Below are positions 1 through 11,214 of a stretch of DNA of 20,000 nucleotides, piece by piece. The notes under the pieces were generated by a model. It searched no databases. It was not told the origin of the DNA and worked only from the letters and a program-made list of their open reading frames with translations. Positions within the stretch are counted from its first letter, which is position 1, and each line of letters starts with the position of its first letter. The stretch lies in NCBI GenBank assembly GCA_001662655.1, contig KV460220.1; one strand, given 5' to 3'. This stretch comes from Pseudogymnoascus verrucosus. Taxonomy: Eukaryota. Made by a program: the position numbers and the translations under genes.

Positions 1-680
1 GTAGTGAGTTAGTAATCCCCATAGTCCCCAGTAGTAGTCCCCCAGTTAGTCCCTCACTCCCCAGTAGTTTTTAGCAGTTTTACTAGTTTTCTATGTACTT
101 CCCCTACCAACAACAATACATAAACTACAAGCAGACAGAAACAAAGAGGTGACGTCCATCGTATCCACTCCAGCGGCACATCAACCTCCAAACGCTAACC
201 ACTAACCACCACACCCAACCAGTCAACCCAAGCTCTTCCAACCAAGAAACTGTAAATAGTCGCAGTATTGCGCCAGTTGCCCTTGGCTGGGGCATTGGCA
301 TTTTACATATTCCCGCACATCCCCCCCCCAGGAAAACTAACTCAACACCATCTCAAGACCTCTCTCGAACCTCTCCGACCTTCTCTTCCTTTACTACCTC
401 AAGATCTATCCTCTCGCTATATCCCCACGTCTCTCTCTCCCGCGACCACTCTATCCGCACTCTCCGTCATTCACGCCACTTGGAAACGACCCACCGTGCT
501 TTCACACCGTCATCGTCTCACTTTTTGGCGCTTAAGACTACGAACAAAGGCCACCCTTTGAAAAATAACCTCCAAAACCGAACAAGACCCTGAGAAGACC
601 CGGAACCCTGGATTTCTACACCTAGACAAAAAAAGACACCACATTCGTTTATAGCTCAGAGATCACAAGATATGGTCACC

Positions 681-3600
681 ATGGCCAAAAACCGAGGTCA
701 GTCCCGCACATCCCGCCCTCACATCACACCACCCCCCAAAAAGTGTTCTCCCCACTAACGTGTCCCCCCCCCACCAACAGTGCTCTCGTTCATGTCGAAC
801 TTCTCGAACCGCGACTCCCGCAGCTCGAAAACGCCCTCGCCGCCCGGAGACACTATCCCCTTCCCGTCCTTCCCGGAGAAGCCGGAGCAGCAGCAGCAGC
901 AGGATGTTTACCGCTCGAGGTCGCCGCAGCGCGGACCCCAGCAACCTTCGAATATTAGGGGCTCGCCCACACGGCGCGAGCAGGTGCAGCGGAATCGCGC
1001 AAACTCGAGGCCGATATCTATGGTGCAGACATACCAGCCGCCGCTGATGGAGTTGGGGCAGGATACGCTGCCGGAGCTGCAGCCGGTGTTTACGTACCTG
1101 AATAGCCATAGCAATAAGCTGTACCAGGAGGGGTACTTTCTCAAGCTCGATGATCAGAATTCCCGTATGTTCTCTTTTTTGTTTATTTTTTATTTTTTAT
1201 TTTGGGGTTCAAGGATGAGGGAATAGAGTGCTGACCCCCACGCGTGTAGAAGGGAAGCCAAATTTGGACAGGACGTGGACGGAATGCTTCGCGCAGCTTG
1301 TCGGGACGATCTTGTCGCTCTGGGATGCGGCAGAGCTGGATGCTGCGGGATCAGAGGGCGAGGTTCTGCCAAAATTCATAAATTTGACAGATGCCTCTAT
1401 CAAAATGGTACGTGGTCCGAGCATCCGCCCAACAGCAAATTCTCACATTATCACACAGATCGAGTCGCTCCCCACGAGATCGAATGACGATCAGCCCCTC
1501 AATAATGTTCTCAGTATATCGACGGCAGGTAAGAACAGGTATCTGCTGCATTTCAACTCGCACCACTCCCTATTGCAGTGGACCGCTGGTATCCGCCTGG
1601 CCATGTTCGAGTACGCTACCCTGCAGGAGGCGTACACGGGCGCGCTGATCGCTGGTAAGGGCAAGTCCCTCAACAACATCAACATCATCCTGGCGCGATC
1701 GACATTCAAGTACGAGGACTGGGTCCGCGTGCGATTTGGCGCTGGTACGCCATGGAGACAGTGCTGGTGCGTCATCACACCACCGGATGAGAAGGAGGTG
1801 CACAAGCTACAGAAGGACTTCAATAAGAAGAAGTCGGCGTATGACCGCAGCAGGCCGCCCGTGGTGAAGGGCGATATTAAGTTCTACGAATCGAGGAAGG
1901 TTACGAAGAAGTCAAGGCCGATCGCGTCTATTAGTGATGCGTTTTCGGCCTTTGCGATTTACCCCCAGTCTAAGGCGCTAATTGAACCGTCAACCTTGAT
2001 AAAGCTCGAGGGTATCATTACGATTCACTCAGACCCGCCGACGTCTACAGAGGGCTTTGTTTTTGTTATGCCAGAGGTGCACGCTGCTGTTAGCGGTTTT
2101 GAGATCATGCTGAGATGGCTCTTCCCGGTTTTCGACACTTTCGCGCTATACGGAAGACCTGACCGGTTGGTCGCCGATACGAACGACACGAGGAGTTTGA
2201 TGTTCGCCATGCCAAATGAGAGGCGCTACGGCTACCTTGACGTTCTTGATGTCGCCGCTTTGATCTCGGCCGAGGGAAGCCAGAACTGGAGTGAGGGTGA
2301 GTGGAGGCGGAGACTGAAGGATTCTACTGCGAAGCGCATGGTTGCCATCAGCCAGAATGGCGGCAGCAGGCGCGGCAGCAGGAGAAATACATTGAGGGAT
2401 GGCTTTAACGACAGGGCATCTATCCGCTCCAACCCATCCATTTCATGGGGTCCGCCACCAGTTGACGTCCCAGCTCCACGCACAGACTCTGCCCCGCCTC
2501 TGGAAGGCCCATACCCGCCATATCCGTCAGCCACTCAGGCACAACACCACTCACGCTCAGCCTCCGAGGGCTTCCAGAACGGCTTCCCCCTCTACGAAGG
2601 ATCCGACGTCCCCCCCGCGCCCCCACCACACAGCTCCGGCCTCCGCCACGAATACGACGCGACCTCCCCACCCGAACCGACCTACCACGAGGAGGACCAC
2701 TCCCCCAGCGCCCCCGCACAAGAGCTCCGCGATCTCCAGCTCAGCCCCGGCGGCGTGGAGCCCGTCTCTCGCCCCCCCGCCTTCTCGCACGCGCCCGGCT
2801 CGCTCCCGCCGTCCGCGAAACTGCAGAACTCGCCCGAGCTGCGGCGCGCCAAGAGCCGCATGTCGAACGGGACGCTGTCGCAGTTTGCGGGCGCGGGAGG
2901 AGCGGCGGCCACGCAAGGGGTCGCGCAGTACCGCGCGGGCCTGGAGGAGATGCGCGTCGCTGATGAGACGAGGAGGGGATTGCCAAGAGGAGTACATGCC
3001 GCCGACGACCCTACCCCTGGGATGAATGCTAACATGGCTTCTGGTGCTGAAGGAGTGATAGTGGGAGGTAATAGACTCTCTTTCGAACGGCACCCGGAGG
3101 CGCTGCAGATGCGGGCTCCGGAGGATGCGGGTGCAGCGCCGTTTTATAATCCTGTCGACAACACCGCTCAGCAACCACGCACTGCCGTCCGGCCAACCGT
3201 CATCGTACCTGCGTATCCGCCACCGTACATCCAAGAACACGCTCAAACTCCATCTGAGGACAGACCCGGCTCGCAACCCCGCAGTGCAAACCGCAACAGT
3301 CTCCAGCGCAAGCCACTTCCAGCCGGGACCCCAGTAACGCCAATCGGGCCTCTGACGCGCGACCCTATCTCTCCTGGTGGAGCATCGACAATCGGCAGCC
3401 TGTACATGGACCAAGAGGCCTTCGACAGCATCCAGCCGCGTGGAAACCAGCCCGGGGACCCCGTTGCTCGACAAGCCACGAACCTAAGTCACGTCAGCGA
3501 GACGAGCAATTACACCAACTCCCCCACCGAAGCGCCACCAATCGACCAATCCGTCCCCGCACGCACGGCCTACGATCGACCCCGCAGCGGGATGATGCGC

Positions 3601-4557
3601 ACCGTAGGCGGTTACGGCGATTCCACCCCCAACACCCCCTCCGACATCCCAAACATAGATTTCGGACCAACCATCAACTACGCCGCCACCACCAACCCGC
3701 TCGCCAAACCCTCCGCACGCACAGACAATCCCCAATATCAACCACAAACCCAATCTCAATCTCAACCCCCACAACCACCCACCCACCGCGGACAAACCCA
3801 CGCCAAGCAACCATCCCGCACCCTCGCCTGGGCACCAGGCATGACATCCCCCCTCCCCTCCTCCCCCGGCGGCCTCACCCCCGAAGAATTCGTCGCCCAA
3901 CGCGCCGCCGCCGCCGCAGTCGCACAAGGCCACGCGCGCCAAGCATCCGCAAGCACCCTACGCGCTAATACCCCCACTCCCCCGATCGGGACAGGAGGAG
4001 GTCGACCCGGACACGTGCGGAATAACTCCTCCTTCGACGCTCTCCAGCGCGAGGCCGCGAGACCGTCTAGTCGTGGTGCTGGCGCGGCGCTGGGGGGGTT
4101 AGTGGGCACGATTGATGCGAGGGAGCGGGAGAGGAGGGAGGTGGTTAGGGGGGTTAATAGCCAGGGTGTTCTTCATGCTATGGGGCAGAGGGTTGTGCAT
4201 GGGCAGGGACAGGCGGTTAGTCCGGGGGGTAGAGCGGTTAGTCCGGGACCTGGGCCGGCGTATGGACAGCCTGGGCCGGGGAGGGCGCAGAGTCCGGGGC
4301 CGATGGGCGCGTATGGGCAGGGGAGACATAGGTCGCATAGCCCCGGGCCGAGGGTGGCGTATGGACAGCCGCAGGGAAGAGCACAATCTCCTGGCCCGAT
4401 GGGGGCGTATGGACAGCCTCAGCAACGCAATCAGAGCCCCGGGGGGATGGGGGTGTATGGCCAACAATCTGCCCCTGGGTTGCCGGTGACGTATCAGCAG
4501 CAGCAGCAGTACTTCCAGCAGCAGATGGGTCGTGGGAGAGGGGGGTTTAGAGGGTAA
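681..4557 (+). CDS. Skg3/CAF120-like tandem PH-domain protein with a long disordered Pro/Ser/Gln/Gly-rich C-terminus. Exons 681-696, 781-1164, 1250-1407, 1459-4557.
   Basis: Splicing gives MAKNRVLSFMSNF...YQEGYFLKLDDQNSQGKPNLDRTWTECFAQLVGTILSLWDAAELD...ASIKMIESLPTRS. Motifs YQEGYFLKL, LSISTAGKNRYLLHF, AIRLAMFE-like GIRLAMFE and EDWVRVRFGAGTPWR are typical of fungal Skg3/Caf120 PH proteins. Introns 697-780, 1165-1249 and 1408-1458 all have GT..AG ends and consistent phase. An alternative in-frame ATG lies at 672. Confidence 0.88.
4210..4470 (+). repeat. Imperfect coding repeat, about 5-6 copies of (G)RAQSPGP(M)GAYGQ(PQ), in the PH-protein tail
   Basis: Translation reads QAVSPGG RAVSPGPGPAYGQPG PGRAQSPGPMGAYGQ GRHRSHSPGPRVAYGQPQ GRAQSPGPMGAYGQPQ QRNQSPGGMGVYGQQ. 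Confidence 0.85.
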
Positions 4558-4931
4558 ACGGACATTATAGTCAGTATGGGTGGGTAGACCTTTTTCGATT
4601 CGGGCGTTGAGGTTTTTTTTTACGATGATTATGATGAAGATTTGGATCTGGATTTTTTTTTAAATGGGGCATCGCGTGGGGGGAATGGGGGTATACGTGG
4701 GTGTGTTTTTTTGTGTTAGATTTGGGGATCTGGTTTTATGGGTTTGGAATTAGATTTGGGGGGGGGGGTTGGGAGTGGGCGTTATTGTGTGTATGTATGG
4801 GGTTGGGGCATAGATAGATGGGAATGGATGATGGATCGTTTGTTATGTTCGTGTGTCTGTTGTCTTGATAGTGATGGTGGATGACCTGAATGGATATCTT
4901 CCATTTCCAAGGCCGCAGCTAACAACTCCAG

Positions 4932-5914
4932 CCGCCTTCGTCGTCCCTGATTTCATACCTCGTGATACCGTCGACATCTCCCTGTTGAACACCCAAACCC
5001 TCGTCAAGTTCTCGCACTTCTTCAACGAAACGCAATTCCTCCACAATCTCCGCTTAGGCTGCCCCGAAATGGTTGTCCACGCCACCCTTCCCCCCACCGT
5101 CAAGACTGACCTCATCCCCCTCCAACCGCAATCACTTCTCAAAGAAGTCTTCGCCGGCACCGTTCTTCTGCACGCCGAGCAGTGGCGCCCCGCTTTTGAC
5201 AAGTGGCTCGACGCCGTTCCCAACAAAGGCAAGCCGGCCGCCGTCGAGCTCGCCACCCCGCTCCTCAACTTCCCCTTAAAATACGACACTCAAGCCTTCA
5301 CCGACAACTTCGGCCGCATTCTACGGTTCCCCGAGCCGCAACGACGTCTCGCAGCCACGGCTCTGTACACGTTACGCACGAAATACAGCGTCCCAGTCGG
5401 CCCGTGGGAAATCACTCCCAACGCCTTTTTCGGCGCGCATTTGCGTGTTGCGGCGGATGCTAAGAAAGCTGGTTGGACGGGCTACGACGTGCAATCAAAG
5501 TTTCTCCTTGAGACTGCCGAGGCGGCGAGGTTGTCGACGGTGTATGTGACGAGCGAGTCGACGCTGGCGGCGGAGTTTAAGAAGGCTGCGAAGTTGAAGA
5601 ATATAATGGTCGTTATGAAGGAGGATCTGCTTGAGGGCAAAGACCTGGAGGAGCTGAACAATATGACGTGGGATCAACGCGGGCTGGTGGATTATGAGGT
5701 GCTGCTCCGGAGTAGCATGTTTGCAGGTATTGAACTGAGCAGTTTTGCGTGGAATATTGCGTTGAGGAGACATACACTTTCGAGGCAGAAGTATCGGGCT
5801 GCGTGGGATACAAATGTGAAGGATGGTGAAAAGCTGAGTATGAAGGATGAGTACAGTATGTTGTTTGGGCAAAAGCATGGCCGTGAATTGTTTGTGGAGA
5901 GTATGTGGCCATAG
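4932..5914 (+). pseudogene. GDP-fucose protein O-fucosyltransferase-family (GT-B) glycosyltransferase. Only the final large exon is present, so it is probably 5'-truncated; it could still be translated from ATG 4874.
   Basis: Family motifs FFGAHLRVAADA and LVDYEVLLRSSMFAGIELSSFAWNIALRR are present. A branch site plus acceptor (gctaacaactccag) ends at 4931. No upstream exon encoding a TM anchor or GGxGN motif is visible in the ~350 bp back to the previous stop codon. Family confidence is higher than pseudogene confidence. Confidence 0.6.
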
Positions 5915-6420
5915 TTGGAAATATATGAAGGAAGTCAACTTAGCGATTAGTTTTAATATTGGGCGGATCAGGATGCGGACCCTCAGCATGGTCTATTAGA
6001 GGAGGATACCATCTCACTCGCCTTATTCACCTTGTTCACTTTGGTTAGTATGCTCGCCCACTCACCCATGGGCATCTACTGTCGCGATATATCGCGTGAA
6101 CCCACTTTTAGGGGGGGGAGAGATTGGTATAGTTAGTTAGAACAGAAATGATAAGAATGTAGGATAGAACCCAAAGCTTGTCAATTAATGATGCTTAAAC
6201 CTCCATTCTGAGTTATCTCATCAAATACACTCGTCTTCGTAGCAGCATCACGTCAAATGAAATTCTCACATAGTGATATCTTTTGGTGGAGATGATTAAA
6301 ATATACATGAAATTAAACTAAGCTGAAATCTTTATAGGAGTGGCTTTCTTTATATCGTGTCGGCTCTAGTTGCCTTAAGTAAGCTCTTTTAAAGTTCGGA
6401 TATTTTAAGAATCTGTAGAT

Positions 6421-6680
6421 CTTCCATGCATGGCCTACGGCGATAAGATAGGCCCGCCCCAAGCGTGGTTTGAGAGGACGTCATTTGGACGCGTTGTACT
6501 CGAACTTCTTCAGCCATTCCTTCAATTACAGCGCAACTATAGCCTTTTGGATGTTGTCCTCGATTTGAGCACGACCGTATGGTTGTCGGATGTTCATGGT
6601 GGACGATATGAAGGTTCTAAGTTTGTGGTGGGGCATTTTTGGACGACTACCCTCCATATGTCAGACGTCCCCATACACTA
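6421..6680 (-). mobile_element. Possible degenerate 5' fragment of a pogo/Fot1-like DNA transposon
   Basis: The minus strand from ATG 6597 reads MNIRQPYGRAQIEDNIQKAIVAL*LKE, which resembles the start of the N-terminal HTH region of fungal pogo transposases. The in-frame TAA could derive from CAA by a RIP-type change, and the flanks are AT-rich. No second TIR or DDE domain was found. Confidence 0.28.
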
Positions 6681-6908
6681 CCTTATATATAGTTATGTAC
6701 AAAATATAATAATTACAGCCTAACAACCCTGTACGAACCCTATAATAGAAAGTATATGCTCTTAATTAATGCTATTTACAAGTTCATCTCCTCCCTCGAT
6801 TTTAATATAACTATGTAGATCGCTTTTGCAATATGTCTCTTGCCACTATCACTTACTTACCCCCTCTCATTCCTTAGTTGCTAGGTAGAACGTAGTAGAC
6901 TAATAAAC

Positions 6909-7799
6909 TTAGTTAACCCAGCCAGTAAGTCTGCTGGCAACATCAGCAACATAGGAAGCAGTCGCCCCTCCCAAGCACAGATTGCTCTTATCCACATTGC
7001 CACTGTTGTAATATCTAAGAGCCTCGTAAACGTTGCCGAATATGTTGATACCTTGAACAAGACCATCGCCTGACGAAGTTCCCTGCGTCCCGTCACGAAC
7101 CATCTGGTCAATAATCGACTGAGGGCAAGGCGCTGCCTGGCCAAAGCAGGTCACACCTTGATGCGACTGCATCAAGCCGGGGTTTCCAACTCCATCATGA
7201 GACGTAGTGGAACCAACACGGGGGTTACCATGGGACTCCTGCATGATAACTGCCAGAATCTTAAATGTTTGTTAGTACCCTCTCCTGATCTCCACCAATC
7301 ATGGAAAGAATAAGGACTTACCACTCGTCGATCCACTAGCGATGCAGCGGCAATCGTATTAATAGAGTTGTAGATTCTTCCGATTTCCTCGTCGGTTGCG
7401 CCATTGTTTCTCATGCTCTGCTTGTTCTTGTTGAACATATCAGGGTAGTTCATCCACACACCACCTGTGCCATATCGCGGGTAGGCGCTCGCGGGGCCAC
7501 AGTTGGTGAGGTGGTTGTCTGAGCCTGCGGTGCCACTATCGGTGATTGTCACAGCCTGGTTGTTGGTCACTTTGGCGTTTGCTGGATCGGACACTAGAAC
7601 GGCAAAGCTCTTTGCACCGCCACCAACTAAGCTTCCATCATTTCTCCAGGAGGCAGGGGACTGCTGGGCAAGAGAAGATGATTGATCCAAAGGAGCGGCA
7701 ATAGCTGGGCTCAGTGCCAAGCACAGGATTGACTTTATATCTGTTAGAAAATTGGCCTTTAAAAGACCTTGGGGTTGTTACCATATAAGTGACAAACAT
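6909..7799 (-). CDS. Secreted lysozyme-like / SLT transglycosylase-fold protein, 259 aa. Exons 7799-7782, 7732-7322, 7259-6909.
   Basis: The spliced N-terminus MFVTYMSILCLALSPAIAAP is signal-peptide-like. It has the SLT/goose-lysozyme-type motifs VDRRVILAVIMQES (catalytic Glu), GLMQ, ALRYYNSG and SYVADVASRLTGW. Introns 7733-7781 and 7260-7321 have GT..CTAAC..AG. Confidence 0.85.
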
Positions 7800-7911
7800 G
7801 ATAAAGATATTTTGATAATTTGAACCTAACAAAGATTACACTGTAGAAGATACTGATAAACTCGACAAATGTATGGCTGATTATTAAAACCTAGAGAGGT
7901 CTTAACATGGT

Positions 7912-7920
7912 CCTTTATAT
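7912..7920 (-). promoter_or_regulatory. TATA box (ATATAAAGG) of the lysozyme-like gene
   Basis: cctttatat on the plus strand, about 120 bp upstream of ATG 7799. Confidence 0.55.
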
Positions 7921-8825
7921 GCATTTTCGACGCTCCTATCTTCCCACCCTCTTTTAAATTCCAGTAGGCCTCATGAATTGCCGTTCTAATGCATTGCCCT
8001 TGTCACATCCTGAGAGAAGCCGAGCGTGACCCTGCGGTATAGATTGTATGCAACATTAACGTTAACGTTACGTGATTCTTAAGAGGGGGAGATGGACGGC
8101 GGCAAATCCGATGGCTCACATTGACTGATGACTGCCGTCTTTACTCGAATACTTCTGCTCCACATGTATCGCGGCGAACGTGCGCAGTTGGTAGGTAAGT
8201 AGTAGAATACAAAGATTCAAATCATTATAACCCTCATTGAACACGTTGGAAAAATGTAGCGTAGTTTTCCCATCGGTCTAGATTCTTTAATAGTAGAGCT
8301 AAGCCCATTGTCTACTTCAGTTAGTAAACGCCGACTGTTATAAAATCCCTCCAAGTGAGAAACGAATTGCCGACTTCGCCGCTAGCTCAATAGGGAGGGT
8401 AGTACCTGGATATCGCGCACGCACGTTTAAAAGATCGGCCGTTAAAGATAAATTTAAGCCTAGCAGGGGAGCCGCTAGGACCCCCCCACGTAATAGATAC
8501 TTTTAACTGCTGCACCAATCGGTTTAGCTTCTTCTTGGCGGCGGCAGCTCGGTCTAAATGGGCAAATAATAGAGTTTCCAGCGGTTTGCAGGTAACGTTA
8601 CCTGTTGACTAGAACCGGTGCCGATTTATCACTCTGCGGAATCTCGGGCTACCCGACTCAATCTCCAGGGGTAGGAGTGCCAAGTGTGGTTTGATGGAGT
8701 AACCTTGATGGTTATGCTAAATAAGCAAAAACTTTATTGGCACTAAGCTTCCTCCGAAGAAGATGAAGACCCAAGTCGACGAAGTGGAACTTTGGCAGTA
8801 TCACTTTGTCGACTTGAGTTGGGGA

Positions 8826-8834
8826 ATATAAAGG
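8826..8834 (+). promoter_or_regulatory. TATA box (ATATAAAGG) of the DPBB gene
   Basis: atataaagg lies 110 bp upstream of ATG 8936 and is the same 9-mer found before the divergent gene. Confidence 0.55.
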
Positions 8835-8935
8835 GATAGCCTTCCTCCATAATATTAGTGACGAACAGTATCATTGAAACATTCCAATCTAATTCAGTAA
8901 TCGACTCAAACGATTATCACATCCTCAACCACAAA

Positions 8936-9507
8936 ATGCTTATCTCAACCTCCATTATAACCATCCTGGCGGCTGTCGGCGTAACAAACGCTCTCCCCAA
9001 TGAGAAGCGCATCACGTGTGTCCCACTCTCTATCCCTCAACCCCCCTCACTAATCCCCTCAGCCACGACGGTATCGGCTCCGTCAACCCAAACCCAACGG
9101 GCGCCCTTGGCTCCTGCGGCGTCTCCACCCCCGACAGCTCCATGACCGTAGCAATCAGTCCCTTCTGGATGACCCAGCATGCCCCGGGCCCTTACTGTGG
9201 ACGGAAGATCCAAGTCACCAACACCGGTCCCACAACCGATAATAGCGTAGGTGGGGCCGGCAATACTATTATCGTCACAGTGCAGGACACCTGTGCGGGG
9301 TGCGATGAGAACCACGTCGATTTATCGGTGGCGGCATGGAATTCGTTGACGAACGGACATGAGTTCAGTGTTACGGGGGTTTCCTGGTAAGTTATTACAT
9401 CTGTGAAACGTAACATTGGGAGGGAAAGAAGAAGAGGTGGGGGTTTTGAAGAGGATTTGGCTAATTGATGTGATAGGCACTTTTGTAACGTTAATGGGCA
9501 GTGTTAG
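8936..9507 (+). CDS. Small secreted RlpA-like double-psi beta-barrel protein (loosenin/expansin/barwin-like), 144 aa. Exons 8936-9015, 9063-9386, 9477-9507.
   Basis: Signal peptide MLISTSIITILAAVGVTNA is followed by a KR site. It has DPBB motifs GALGSCG, VAIS, YCGRKIQVT and VTVQDTCAGCDENHVDLSVAAW, and ends VSWHFCNVNGQC*. Introns 9016-9062 and 9387-9476 are canonical and phase-consistent. Confidence 0.9.
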
Positions 9508-9835
9508 AAGGAGTACCAAGAATGATCGAGGGAGGCCCTTCACGGAAGCAAATGTTTGAATTACGCACTGCTCATATTCTGTTGAACTTTGTTTGTAGAG
9601 ATGCAACATCAGCGCACATATGCGTTCTTTATAGAATATTAGTACAATGTAGTCAAATCTACAAGCTTAAATATCTCTGGAAATCACCAACTGTCCGGAA
9701 TCTCTCTCCGCTGATCCTGTCTCAAGCATGGATCCTGCTAAGGTAAGCTTAACTTATCACCTGCGATTTATCATATATTGAGCTTATATTGAAGTCTTCT
9801 AGAATGAAAACCAAACTAAGGATGGAAGTTCTCGG

Positions 9836-10559
9836 CTACTGTTCTATTGCCAGTGTATCCTCCCTTTGTTTGTTTTCACGACGCTTCTTCTTATAAAGCC
9901 TCTCCAACTCCCTATTACTGCGTGCCAGATCGACAGCAGACAAGGCACTCAAAACGCCGATAAACACCGCCACTAAGGCGATAATCTTGAATACGTCAGC
10001 ATACCAGCATACCAGCATAGATAAACTATTGAGCTAGAAAACTTACAGCGGAGTAGAGCTGCCAGATCTTTTGCGTATAAAATTTATTGCCTAGCTCATT
10101 CTGGCGGCTGCGCAGTTCGGACTCGTAGATATAAGATATGTCTCGACTGCGCATGTCATAGGAGAATGAGTTAAACTTGGCATCTTGTTGGTGGAATTCG
10201 GTTTCTGTGTTGATCTTGTTCTCTAGTGCTTGCAGTTTTGACTTGATGCCGTTTATTGTCGCCTCCGATTCCGTGTTTGATTTTGGTACCATGACGCGAT
10301 AGTTGCTGTTTGGAGAGATCGTGCTGAGAGACCTGGTTCTGCCCGGAGTCATGACGTAGGAGTTGTTGTGGTCGTTATAGCGTAACCCTGTAGAAATTTT
10401 AATGATTCCCGGTGCTCGGATGGAGAGGTGTAACTCGCTGGAAAAGATATGGAAGGCGCGATGCTGGCCGGTAGCTAAACAGCGTTGGGTTTCGCTGTGT
10501 CTGGGCCTATATATCTTTGATAAGAGGACCCCTCTTGCAGAAAGAGCTTGATGGAGCAT
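9836..10559 (-). CDS. Hypothetical 220-aa protein with a basic presequence-like N-terminus, coiled coil, one TM helix and a short charged tail. Exons 10559-10047, 9985-9836.
   Basis: Two ORFs join in frame across a gtaagt..gctgac..aag intron (9986-10046). Coiled-coil-like segment INGIKSKLQALENKIN; TM segment IIALVAVFIGVLSALSAV. Confidence 0.7.
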
Positions 10560-11214
10560 GTTGAAGATGGGATAGTTTAATAAAACTATATGTCGGGTTA
10601 TGGGCGGTGGATGTGGAAGCCTGTTCGTTCACGAATGGCAGGTGATAACAATATATATATGTGCCAGTGGTCACCACTACGAGTAGTGCCTTCCTATAAC
10701 AATAGCATGCCACTAACGTAAGGTACGTTTATTTAGTTTGGTGTTAAATGACTATAGTCCGTACTAAAGCAGAGTCTAATTTTCTTACCTCTTACTTCCC
10801 GCGTTTAATTTACGTACAGAACCACGAACGGCGCTAATATGTCACCGATAATGGCATGTATTATACCCTTCTCTAGCACATTTATTGGCAAACTGCTGGC
10901 AATTAATATATCAGGCTTATGCCATCTGTGGATGACTCACTTCATAGTTAATTTTACTAACCCATTCAGGTTGTGCAGGGTATCAGATACGGATACCACA
11001 CAGGGCTGGACATTGGGCCAATATCAGCATCAGTGATTCTTCATAGAATTACCCTAACTATTCAAGAGACCTTACATCGCTGTATATGTTCAAAGTAATC
11101 ATTCTAATAGCTTGTCAGATATTTGAACACGAGTAATACCTGACATGAAAATAGACGAGCCGAGTTAGTCGCCATCGTCTTAGCCAGGACAACAGAAACC
11201 CCCCGGTTTCTATC

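Noticed and set aside
1..110. Repeated ccccagtagt/tagt motifs at the window start
   Set aside because: Irregular low-complexity sequence with no fixed period, and cut by the window edge, so it cannot be assigned.
268..561. 97-aa ORF upstream of the PH gene
   Set aside because: TTG start in pyrimidine-rich promoter/5' UTR sequence with no recognisable protein features.
2232..4489. Many overlapping antisense and alternate-frame ORFs, up to 305 aa
   Set aside because: Expected shadows of a GC-rich coding region, with Arg/Gly/Pro-biased translations and no motifs.
3700..4850. Sharp switch from C-rich to G-rich plus strand near 4080
   Set aside because: No long inverted repeat was found. The same 5' C-rich to 3' G-rich drift occurs in the glycosyltransferase exon, so it looks like a genome-wide gene skew.
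6083..6096. 14-bp palindrome CGCGATATATCGCG
   Set aside because: Isolated, with no second copy or associated feature.
6430..6723. 97-aa plus-strand ORF
   Set aside because: No motifs, and it runs into AT-rich sequence. The opposite strand looks more like a transposase relic.
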